From: a virus
Taxonomy: Duplodnaviria > Caudoviricetes
Length of the DNA stretch: 59,160 bases
Virus record (IMG/VR): IMGVR_UViG_3300042516_004109
Location: 1 to 59,160 of that record
Strand: one strand, 5' to 3'
Shown here: piece after piece, positions 30,404 through 39,400 of the stretch
Layout of the letters: each line of letters starts with the position of its first letter
Numbering within the stretch: position 1 is the first letter of the stretch
Position numbers and translations under genes: made by a program
Notes under the pieces: generated by a model
Seen by the model: the letters and a program-made list of their open reading frames with translations, nothing else
What the model was told of the DNA's origin: nothing
The model's database searches: none

Positions 30404-32422
30404 ATGACAAAGGCTACAAACTTAAGAAAAAGCTGGATCGGTGGAGCTTCGAGAGTAACAACGACTTTTAATGCTCCAGGAAGTTTAACACTTCCATATG
30501 GGCAGTTTAAGGGGACTGTCTCTGGTCGTGCTGGAACAGGTAACGACCCAGTTGCAGCGACATATAGCATCACTTATGCTACCAATTATAATATTGCCTA
30601 TCCGATCGCAAATCAGCCGATCGCAAACCAACCAGCGACTGCATATACAATCAATTATAACACCAATTATAATGTCGCATATCCAATCGCTAACCAGCCG
30701 ATCGCAAACCAACCAGCGACTGCGTTTACTACAAATTATAACACCAATTATAACATTGCGTACCCAATCGCAAATCAACCAGAAGCATCAAGACCCGTAA
30801 CTGCATACTCTACGAATTATAACGTTGCTTATCCGATAGCAAATAGACCAGAAGCTGCAAGACCAGCGACGGCATACTCTACGAATTATAACACGAACTA
30901 TAATGTTGCGTATCCAGTTGCTAACCAACCAGCAACTGCGTATTCTATTCTTTATAATACCAATTATAATGTTGCGTATCCAGTTGCTAACCAACCAGCA
31001 ACTGCGTATTCTATTCTTTATAATACCAATTATAATGTTGCGTATCCAGTTGCCAATCAACCAGAAGCATCAAGACCTGTAACTGCGTATTCTATTCTTT
31101 ATAATACCAATTATAATGTTGCTTATCCGATCGCGGCTCAACCAGAATCATCTAGACCTATAACTGCTTATACTACAAATTATAACACTGCGTATCCAGT
31201 GGCTAATCAGCCAGAAGCATCAAGACCAGCAACTGCATATACTACAAATTATAGTACCAATTATAATGCTCCACTTGATCCAAGCTGGAGCGCATCCATG
31301 GACTTTAGCAATGTTGGATATTTGCAAATTGGATTTGAAGAAGGCATGTATAATAATTCAAATGGATATGAATTATTCCCATATACTGGCACTGGCACAT
31401 CTTTTGATACTGGAACTCAAATTATCAGCACACTTACCACATATGTTATTACTGGCACGCATGACAATTTGGGTCCTGGCACACTAACTATTAATTATAC
31501 TAATTTTCCAGGAAGTCCAGGAAACATTGATAATCAGCCAGTTGCAAACCAACCAGCGACTGCGTATTCTATTCTTTATAATACCAATTATAATGTTGCA
31601 TATCCAGTCGGGAATCAGCCAGCAACTGCGTATTCTATTCTTTACAATACAAACTATAACGTTGCGTATCCAGTAGCCAATCAACCAGAGGCATCTCGTC
31701 CAGCAACTGCATATTCTATCACATATTCAACCAATTATAATGTCGCATATCCAGTCGCGAATCAACCAGAAGCATCAAGACCTGTGACTGCATATAGTAC
31801 AAATTACAACGTTGCTTATCCAGTTGCAAATCAACCAGAAGCATCAAGACCTGTAACTGCATATACTACAAATTATAATACTGTGTATCCAGTTGCAAAT
31901 CAACCGATTGCAAATCAACCAGCGACTGCATACACAATCAATTATAACACCAATTATAACATCGCGTATCCAATTGCAAATCAGCCAGCAACTGCGTATT
32001 CTATTCTTTATAATACCAATTATAATGTCGCGTATCCAGTTGCAAATCGACCAATTGCAAATCAACCAGCGACTGCATACACAATCAATTATAATACCAA
32101 TTATAATACTGTGTATCCAATTGCAAATCGACCAATTGCAAACCAACCAGCGACTGCGTTTACTACAAATTATAATACCAATTATAACACTGTCTACCCA
32201 ATCGCAAATCAGCCAGAAACTGGTCGACCAATAACATCATATACTCCAGGTAATCCTGGCGCATCTACAACTGTTCTTGGTGTATTTTTCCCAGGAGGAG
32301 CAGTTTCTACTCTTGCTCCGACTGTAAGTCCAACTTTGGTCGACTATGAACGATTCCCTGATAATGCAAACTATCCCGTGGCAGTGCCTCCAGGTGGTCA
32401 GATCGTAATTAAGATTGAATAA
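30404..32422 (+). CDS. Repeat-stalk adhesin-like protein 2
   Basis: Same N/C caps and repeat grammar as 28618-30360, unrelated central tip. Confidence 0.7.
   Translation: MTKATNLRKSWIGGASRVTTTFNAPGSLTLPYGQFKGTVSGRAGTGNDPVAATYSITYATNYNIAYPIANQPIANQPATAYTINYNTNYNVAYPIANQPIANQPATAFTTNYNTNYNIAYPIANQPEASRPVTAYSTNYNVAYPIANRPEAARPATAYSTNYNTNYNVAYPVANQPATAYSILYNTNYNVAYPVANQPATAYSILYNTNYNVAYPVANQPEASRPVTAYSILYNTNYNVAYPIAAQPESSRPITAYTTNYNTAYPVANQPEASRPATAYTTNYSTNYNAPLDPSWSASMDFSNVGYLQIGFEEGMYNNSNGYELFPYTGTGTSFDTGTQIISTLTTYVITGTHDNLGPGTLTINYTNFPGSPGNIDNQPVANQPATAYSILYNTNYNVAYPVGNQPATAYSILYNTNYNVAYPVANQPEASRPATAYSITYSTNYNVAYPVANQPEASRPVTAYSTNYNVAYPVANQPEASRPVTAYTTNYNTVYPVANQPIANQPATAYTINYNTNYNIAYPIANQPATAYSILYNTNYNVAYPVANRPIANQPATAYTINYNTNYNTVYPIANRPIANQPATAFTTNYNTNYNTVYPIANQPETGRPITSYTPGNPGASTTVLGVFFPGGAVSTLAPTVSPTLVDYERFPDNANYPVAVPPGGQIVIKIE
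30566..32242 (+). repeat. Coding repeat array in two arms (30566-31270, 31538-32242)
   Basis: As above; includes near-exact 66-bp tandem copies around 30900-31060. Confidence 0.95.
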
Positions 32423-32427
32423 TATAC

Positions 32428-32456
32428 TTGACATAGTCCAATAAATAAGTTATAAT
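32428..32456 (+). promoter_or_regulatory. Perfect sigma70 promoter with nested late promoter
   Basis: TTGACA (32428-33), 17 bp, TATAAT (32451-56); AATAAATA at 32440-47 within the spacer. Confidence 0.85.
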
Positions 32457-32485
32457 TTGATTTCGTTATTCTTGAGATTTATTTT

Positions 32486-33088
32486 ATGCCATATCCAGTG
32501 CAACGTTATGCTCGTGTTTTAAATCGTTTTTGTGTCGCTACAAAAGCATTTACCAAAGAAGAAGTAGAAAAAATTCTTGCTCTTGAAGACTTGCAAAAGT
32601 TTCAAAAAGGCGCAATTGGTGGTGGCACAGCAAAGGGTCAAGTCAATAAGAAAAATCGCGATAGTGATGTCATGTGGGTGATGCATGAACAAAATTCTGA
32701 CTGGCTCTATCAAAAATTCTCAAGTTTAGTTTCTGCAGTCAATTATGATCATTTCATGTATGATGTTGAAGGTTTTGAGAACTTTCAATATACAGTTTAT
32801 CGATCTAAAGACAAGCAGCACTATGATTGGCATATCGATGCTGGAAATACATCAAGCCCATTTGAACGCAAGATTAGTGCATCATTAATTCTTACCGATC
32901 CAAGTAAGTATGAAGGCGGTGAATTCGAATGTGTGATGAATGGTCGTGTTGATGAGCCTTTTGTTGCAAAAGCAGAAATTGGTGATGTGATTTTCTTTGA
33001 TTCTCGCATGCCTCATCGCGTTCGCCCAGTTACTTCTGGTGTTCGTAAATCATTAGTATGTTGGATTATGGGCAAGAATACATGGTAA
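32486..33088 (+). CDS. 2OG-Fe(II) oxygenase (prolyl-hydroxylase/PKHD-like)
   Basis: YDWHID, RKISASL.L, YEGGEF, H.V.PVTSG.RKSLVCW. Confidence 0.92.
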   Translation: MPYPVQRYARVLNRFCVATKAFTKEEVEKILALEDLQKFQKGAIGGGTAKGQVNKKNRDSDVMWVMHEQNSDWLYQKFSSLVSAVNYDHFMYDVEGFENFQYTVYRSKDKQHYDWHIDAGNTSSPFERKISASLILTDPSKYEGGEFECVMNGRVDEPFVAKAEIGDVIFFDSRMPHRVRPVTSGVRKSLVCWIMGKNTW

Positions 33089-33816
33089 ATCTAAAAAAAC
33101 TTAGATTTTGGGATAATCCAATAATTGAGTTTTATTGTCACCCAGAACTCTATGGAATTATTCCTGAGCCAAAAGCGGCAGTAAAGAGTCTGCCTGACTG
33201 GTTTAAGAATTTGGAGCCAACATTTGGTGATGGTAGAGATTCATTTGGCAATAAATCCATGTCTGCTAAAAAATGCCTTCCGCTATTAGATGGAATGTCT
33301 TTAGGATTCACTATTCCGTTATGCGGCGATGTGCATGTAAGATCAAACTATAACAATAGTCAATTTGATATAACAAATCCTCCAGGTATCAAAGTTTGTG
33401 AATTTCATGACGCCAATCAAGTTGGTGGAAATAGTGGAATTAAATTAAACCATGGCAATCCTTTGAAATTCCTCAATCCATGGGTTGTTAAAACTGCTCC
33501 AGGGTGGTCTGCATTGTTCATCAATCCAATGAACAATTATGAACACCCATTCACATGTTTGGGCGCAATGGTTGATACTGACAAATACCCAAAAGAAGTA
33601 AACTTTCCTGCTCTATGGCATGAAACAGATTCTGACTATCATATTCCTGCAGGAACACCGTTGGTGACAGTGATTCCAATTAAAAGACATTCCTTTGAAA
33701 AGAAACCTCGCGTTCGATCAATGTCACCAAAAGAATTCAAAGAGATTTCTGTAATACAAAAACGACAAAATATGCGCACACATCATTATACCTATGATTT
33801 GAGAGAGAAGAAATAA
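33082..33816 (+). CDS. Conserved phage hypothetical (DUF6065/dUTPase-like beta-clip?)
   Basis: KKCLP.LD....GF.IP, KF.NPW.VKT.PGWS, VDTD, IPAGTPL..VIP. Confidence 0.55.
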   Translation: MVNLKKLRFWDNPIIEFYCHPELYGIIPEPKAAVKSLPDWFKNLEPTFGDGRDSFGNKSMSAKKCLPLLDGMSLGFTIPLCGDVHVRSNYNNSQFDITNPPGIKVCEFHDANQVGGNSGIKLNHGNPLKFLNPWVVKTAPGWSALFINPMNNYEHPFTCLGAMVDTDKYPKEVNFPALWHETDSDYHIPAGTPLVTVIPIKRHSFEKKPRVRSMSPKEFKEISVIQKRQNMRTHHYTYDLREKK

Positions 33817-33818
33817 TT

Positions 33819-34553
33819 ATGTTTAATTTTCTTAAAAAAGATAAACCCGATCTTGAATTTATAGATTCATCTGAGGTAGTGTATCCTCACTATCCACCAA
33901 TTCTTGCAAAAGATTTAAAGCCTTTAAAAGAGCATCAAGAAAAAAAGTTTGAGAGTTATATCTTTCCACAATGTCCTGGAATGCATGATTATTCTAGAAT
34001 GGGTTATATAATTCCAGCATGGAGTAATTTTCATATCAAAGCAAACAAGGCTGGTTGCGTTGCATTTTTGGGTAGCGATGGTGAAAATAGAGATAAACGA
34101 GGCACTCCATTAGGTCAACCAAAAAATATGGATGTGAAAATTACTGATGGTTTATTTAAACTTAATGGTATCGATCCTTGTATTTGGAATTTTCCAGGTG
34201 CATGGAAAGTTTTTGGCAATGGGAATGTTTCCGCATTAGTCATGCCAGCATTTTTTCATTCAACATTTTTAGATGATCTTTATGTTTATCCAGGAGTAGT
34301 AGATTATAATAAATTTACAACGCTTAATTTTATATGTTCACCGAAACATGAATGCGAAGTTCAGATTAAAGCTGGCGAGCCAATATTGCATGTGATTCCT
34401 TTTATCACCAACAAAGATATTGTTGCAAGTTATGGTCCTGCATCAAAAGAACAAGATGACTACAGTAAAATACTTAAATGGTTTCATGAATTAAATTTCT
34501 ATAGAAAATACTATATGATTCGTAAAAAATACAAGATAATTAAAAAGAGTTAA
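33819..34553 (+). CDS. Paralog of preceding hypothetical protein
   Basis: CPGM.DY...GYIIPAW, PGVVD, IKAGEPI..VIP align by eye with 33082-33816. Confidence 0.55.
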   Translation: MFNFLKKDKPDLEFIDSSEVVYPHYPPILAKDLKPLKEHQEKKFESYIFPQCPGMHDYSRMGYIIPAWSNFHIKANKAGCVAFLGSDGENRDKRGTPLGQPKNMDVKITDGLFKLNGIDPCIWNFPGAWKVFGNGNVSALVMPAFFHSTFLDDLYVYPGVVDYNKFTTLNFICSPKHECEVQIKAGEPILHVIPFITNKDIVASYGPASKEQDDYSKILKWFHELNFYRKYYMIRKKYKIIKKS

Positions 34554-34558
34554 TATCA

Positions 34559-35521
34559 ATGGCAAAAATCTTCGTAAACATTTGTTCATATCGAGATAAA
34601 TTACTCGCACCGACTCTCTATAGTTTGTTGGAAACTGAGTCTGGACGAAACGCTATTACATATGGAGTTTTCGAACAAACAAAACTCGAAGATAGTTTGC
34701 AAACAACACATCCTGATCTTATCAATCATAAACAAATTCGATATAAACGAATTGATCCACAATTTTCTGATGGAGTTGTTTGGGCACGATGTATTAATTC
34801 GATGCAAATTTATGATGAAGATTTCCAGTATCAGATAGATTCTCATATGTTATTTGATAAAGATTGGGATAATCAATTGATACTTGATTATAATGATGCA
34901 TGTAAAGTGGCTGGGAAAAATAAAGTAGTTTTAACTTCTGGCACAAAAAATTACGATCTAGAAAATGAAAGAATCATTAAACACACTTTAACTGATGATA
35001 TTACTGTCAAGTTAGGTTATTTTCAATTCGATAAAGATCTAAGATTGCATGCTCATGGTGCATGGGTTCCAGCAACAGAGCGGGTTACTCCATCAATTCA
35101 TATCTGCGCTGGCAACTTTTTCATGCCTGTAAGTTGGATCAAAGACGTTGGATACAATACAAAGATATTTTTTGAAGGCGAAGAACAGATTTTTGTTATT
35201 AGTTCGATTCTTGCTGGATATAGCATATTCCATCATCGCAAGATTAAAGTATATCATTATCTTCGATCTGGTAGCCATGACACCAAACAAACGATTAATC
35301 CTGTTGCCAGCTCAGAAAAATTAAAGATGAATCACGATCGATCTAAGAAAGAGATCATTGATTACATCTATTCTCTATCCGAGGAACAGCTCGAACACTA
35401 TCGTCGCATAACAGGTGTCGATTATATAAATAGAAAACTAGAGGATCGTGCAATTTCTCGTAAAATCTCTCCCAATCCTGGAATTGTAAATGATTGGGAG
35501 GTGCCGAATAGAGATGGTTAA
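34559..35521 (+). CDS. Skp1-type hydroxyproline N-acetylglucosaminyltransferase-like (GT60)
   Basis: IFVNICSYRD, GVVWAR, QIDSHMLF..DWD, AGNFF, FEGEE, YH.Y: hallmark motifs of the Gnt1/GlcNAc family. Confidence 0.8.
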   Translation: MAKIFVNICSYRDKLLAPTLYSLLETESGRNAITYGVFEQTKLEDSLQTTHPDLINHKQIRYKRIDPQFSDGVVWARCINSMQIYDEDFQYQIDSHMLFDKDWDNQLILDYNDACKVAGKNKVVLTSGTKNYDLENERIIKHTLTDDITVKLGYFQFDKDLRLHAHGAWVPATERVTPSIHICAGNFFMPVSWIKDVGYNTKIFFEGEEQIFVISSILAGYSIFHHRKIKVYHYLRSGSHDTKQTINPVASSEKLKMNHDRSKKEIIDYIYSLSEEQLEHYRRITGVDYINRKLEDRAISRKISPNPGIVNDWEVPNRDG

Positions 35522-36046
35522 ATGTCTATAAAGATTCAACAATTTATTGGTGGGGGATGTACTGCAGCTGTTGGTTGTAATATAAGCCTTGAAACGAATG
35601 TTTCACCACAAAAATTCAACTTAAATAAGAGTTATTACCTTCTACGAGGTGGTATTGTTGTTGATTACGAGGGCGAGAATACAGTAAATGTTGTCTGCCC
35701 ATATAATTCTAATTGGAATCCATATGTAGATCAATGGAATTATGATAAAAATGTTATCCTTACGAGTACACCGAATACAAAATTTACAGTTGTATCTGTA
35801 ACCGAAGGTAATACAAATAATTCAGTCGCATTTACTTCTTCTGTACTGATGCTAGAAAACTCTAATTTAACAAAGACAATGAATGCTAACTCTTATTTGT
35901 TAGTTTTTGGATCCGCGTACTCTATCGATAATGTAAATTACCATAATATTAACGGTCAATCTAGAACAATATTTGCTAATTCTCCCCGAGAAGTGCAAAT
36001 ATCGACTTCTAATTCATGTGAATTGATCTATCTTGAAACTATCTAA
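35522..36046 (+). CDS. Hypothetical protein
   Basis: Abuts previous stop; beta-rich; no recognisable motif. Confidence 0.6.
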   Translation: MSIKIQQFIGGGCTAAVGCNISLETNVSPQKFNLNKSYYLLRGGIVVDYEGENTVNVVCPYNSNWNPYVDQWNYDKNVILTSTPNTKFTVVSVTEGNTNNSVAFTSSVLMLENSNLTKTMNANSYLLVFGSAYSIDNVNYHNINGQSRTIFANSPREVQISTSNSCELIYLETI

Positions 36047-36055
36047 TTTAAATCT

Positions 36056-36063
36056 AATAAATA
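36056..36063 (+). promoter_or_regulatory. Late promoter
   Basis: AATAAATA upstream of 36089. Confidence 0.6.
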
Positions 36064-36088
36064 AGAATATCAAGTAGGAACCCTTTAA

Positions 36089-36424
36089 ATGGCGCAATTT
36101 GTAGAAGTAGATCTAGATCAAGGAACAACCTTTAATCTTGATATTGTAGTTAAGAACGATGATGGCAGCAGAATTAATGTTGCAGGCTACACATTTTCTT
36201 CCTCAATGCGCAAATCATTTTATTCTTCAAGTGTGACAGCAAATTTAACCGTTGCAGTGATTAATGCTGCGAATGGTGATGTTAGATTTTCGCTAAATGC
36301 AGCGTCAACTGCTAACATAAAAGCAGGTCGTTATGTGTTTGATATCAAACAAATTAATACTTCAAATGTAACATCGCGTATGTTTGAGGGGATTATTACA
36401 GTTAATCCACAGGTAACGAAATGA
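36089..36424 (+). CDS. Small Ig-like virion/fibre adaptor protein (BppU-N-like)
   Basis: [20 protein letters not shown]...V.P.VT; ATGA-coupled to collagen gene. Confidence 0.65.
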   Translation: MAQFVEVDLDQGTTFNLDIVVKNDDGSRINVAGYTFSSSMRKSFYSSSVTANLTVAVINAANGDVRFSLNAASTANIKAGRYVFDIKQINTSNVTSRMFEGIITVNPQVTK

Positions 36425-39400
36425 CGACAATTTCAGTTTCATCCACTGCTGGTCCACAAGGTCCACAAGGTCCACAAGGTTCTACTGGTCCTCAAGGACC
36501 ACAAGGTCCACAAGGATCAGTTGGTCCACAAGGTCCACAAGGTCCATCTGGTTCTACTGGTCCACAAGGTCCATCTGGTGCACAAGGTGCTGCGTCAACT
36601 GTTGCTGGTCCTCAAGGACCACAAGGACCACAAGGTGTCGCTGGTCCACAAGGACCACAAGGACCACAGGGTGTAACTGGTGCACAAGGTCCATCTGGTC
36701 CACAAGGTGTCGCTGGTCCATCTGGTCCACAAGGTGATACAGGTCCTCAAGGTCCTCAAGGTGTCACTGGTGCACAAGGACCACAGGGTGCAACTGGTCC
36801 ACAGGGTCCTCAAGGTGTCACTGGTGCACAAGGACCACAAGGTCCGCAAGGCGTCACTGGTGCACAAGGTCCATCTGGTGCTCAAGGTAATCAAGGTAAT
36901 CAAGGTGCACAAGGCATTCAAGGTTTAACAGGTGATACTGGTCCACAAGGTCCTCAAGGTCCTCAAGGTGTTGCGGGACCACAAGGTCCACAAGGTGTCG
37001 CTGGTCCACAGGGTGTCGCTGGTGCACAAGGTCCATCTGGTGCTCAAGGTAATCAAGGTGCACAAGGCATTCAAGGTTTAACAGGTGATACTGGTCCACA
37101 AGGTCCACAAGGTGTCGCTGGTCCATCTGGTCCATCTGGTCCACAGGGTGTTGCTGGTCCACAAGGTCCATCTGGTGCTCAAGGTAATCAAGGTGCACAA
37201 GGCATTCAAGGTTTAACAGGTGATACTGGTGGACAAGGTCCATCTGGTCCATCTGGTCCATCTGGTCCACAAGGTGTCGCTGGTCCACAAGGTGTCGCTG
37301 GTGCACAAGGTCCACAAGGTGATACAGGTCCATCTGGTCCATCTGGTCCACAAGGTGTCGCTGGTCCACAAGGTGTCGCTGGTCCACAAGGTCCACAGGG
37401 TGATACAGGTCCACAAGGTCCTTCTGGCGTGTCAAATGTTCCTGGTCCGCAAGGTCCACAGGGTGATACAGGTCCTCAAGGTCCTCAAGGTCCACAAGGC
37501 GTCACTGGTCCACAAGGTCCATCTGGTGCTAAAGGTGATCAGGGTGAATTTGGTGGCGCAACTTTTGAGTACATCTACTTAACAAATACTGCAAACACAG
37601 ATCCTGGTGTAGCAAATTTAAAATTCGATAATATAACATTTTCTTCTGTATCACGATTGTATATCGACTTTACAGATTTAAGTACTGCAAACGTATTTAA
37701 TTATTTGCAAACTATTGATGACTCTACGTCAACAATCAAAGGAACATTTAAAGTTGCAAATACTGCAAATGTAAGTGAATTTGCATACTTTAATATTAAT
37801 GGATCTCACGAACACGTTTCAAGTTATTTCTCTGTTCCTGTTGCACATTTAAGTGGTGTTACAAGTTTTTCAAATTCTACCAATGTCATCATCACATTTG
37901 TTCGTACTGGTGATAAAGGTGATACAGGTCCACAAGGTCCGCAAGGTCCGCAAGGTCCACAGGGTGCTGGTCCTCAAGGTCCACAGGGTCCTCAAGGTCC
38001 ACAGGGTCCTCAAGGTCCACAGGGTCCACAGGGTCCCCAAGGACCACAAGGTGTCACTGGTGCAAGAAATTACACTGTAACGAATAGTGGTGCCAGTCAT
38101 TATGTGATTGATGGCGCAAATGATCCTACATTGTATTTGATGCGCGGATTCACATATGAATTCTTTGTAAGTGCATCTGGACATCCTTTCTGGATCCAAA
38201 CAGTTCCTGCGCCATACAGTGTTGGAAATGTTTACAGTAGTGGTGTAACAAATAATGGTGACGATGTTGGCACTGTAATATTTGCGGTTCCATATAATGC
38301 ACCAAATACTCTTTATTATGTTTGCCAAAACCATTCTTCAATGTCTGGTACAATTATTATCAGTGATGTGGGTCCAGTTGGTCCTCAAGGTCCACAAGGT
38401 GTAACTGGTGATACAGGCAATCCTGGACCACAAGGTCCAACTGGTCCAGGTGGTAATACTGGTGCACAAGGTCCACAGGGTGTTGTTGGTCCACAGGGTC
38501 CACAGGGTCCACAAGGTCCAACTGGCGCAGATTCAACAGTTGCTGGTCCTCAGGGTCCATCTGGTCCATCTGGTGCTCAAGGTAATCAAGGTGCACAAGG
38601 CATTCAAGGTTTAACAGGTGATACTGGTCCACAAGGACCACAAGGTCCACAAGGTCCACAAGGTCCTCAAGGTGATGCATCGAGTGTTGCTGGTCCACAA
38701 GGACCACAGGGTCCATCTGGTGCTCAAGGTAATCAAGGCGCACAAGGTTCACAAGGCATTCAGGGTTTAACAGGTGATACTGGTCCACAGGGTCCACAGG
38801 GTCCACAAGGTGATGCATCAAGTGTTGCTGGACCACAGGGTCCACAGGGTCCGCAAGGTTCTACTGGTGACACAGGACCAACAGGTCCACAAGGACCACA
38901 AGGTCCACAGGGTGCTGGTCCACAAGGTCCGCAAGGTCCTCAAGGTGATGCATCAACTGTTGCTGGTCCACAAGGACCACAAGGTCCACAAGGACCACAA
39001 GGTGCTGCGTCAAGTGTTGCTGGTCCACAGGGTCCACAGGGAGCAATTGGTCCGCAAGGTCCGCAGGGCGTCACTGGTGCAAGAACATATACAGTGACGA
39101 ATGTCGGAGCTGGTGCTTATTCAATCGATGGTTCTAGCAATCCAACATTAAATTTACTGCGTGGATTTACTTATGAATTTAGTATAAGTGCTTCTGGACA
39201 CCCTTTCTGGATTCAAACAGTTTCTGGTGCATATAGTTCTGGAAATATATATTCATCAGGCATTACAAATAACGGCACTCAAGTTGGAACGCTAACATTC
39301 GCTGTTCCTTATGATGCACCAAGTACTCTTTATTATGTTTGCCAATTCCACGCATCGATGCAGGGTGTGATTAATATTAGTGATGTTGGTCCTATTGGTC

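Noticed and set aside
28618-32422. Repeat arrays as CRISPR or DGR template/variable repeats
   Set aside because: Repeats are in-frame coding units with synonymous variation; no unique spacers, no reverse transcriptase or cas gene, no adenine-specific mismatch pattern evident
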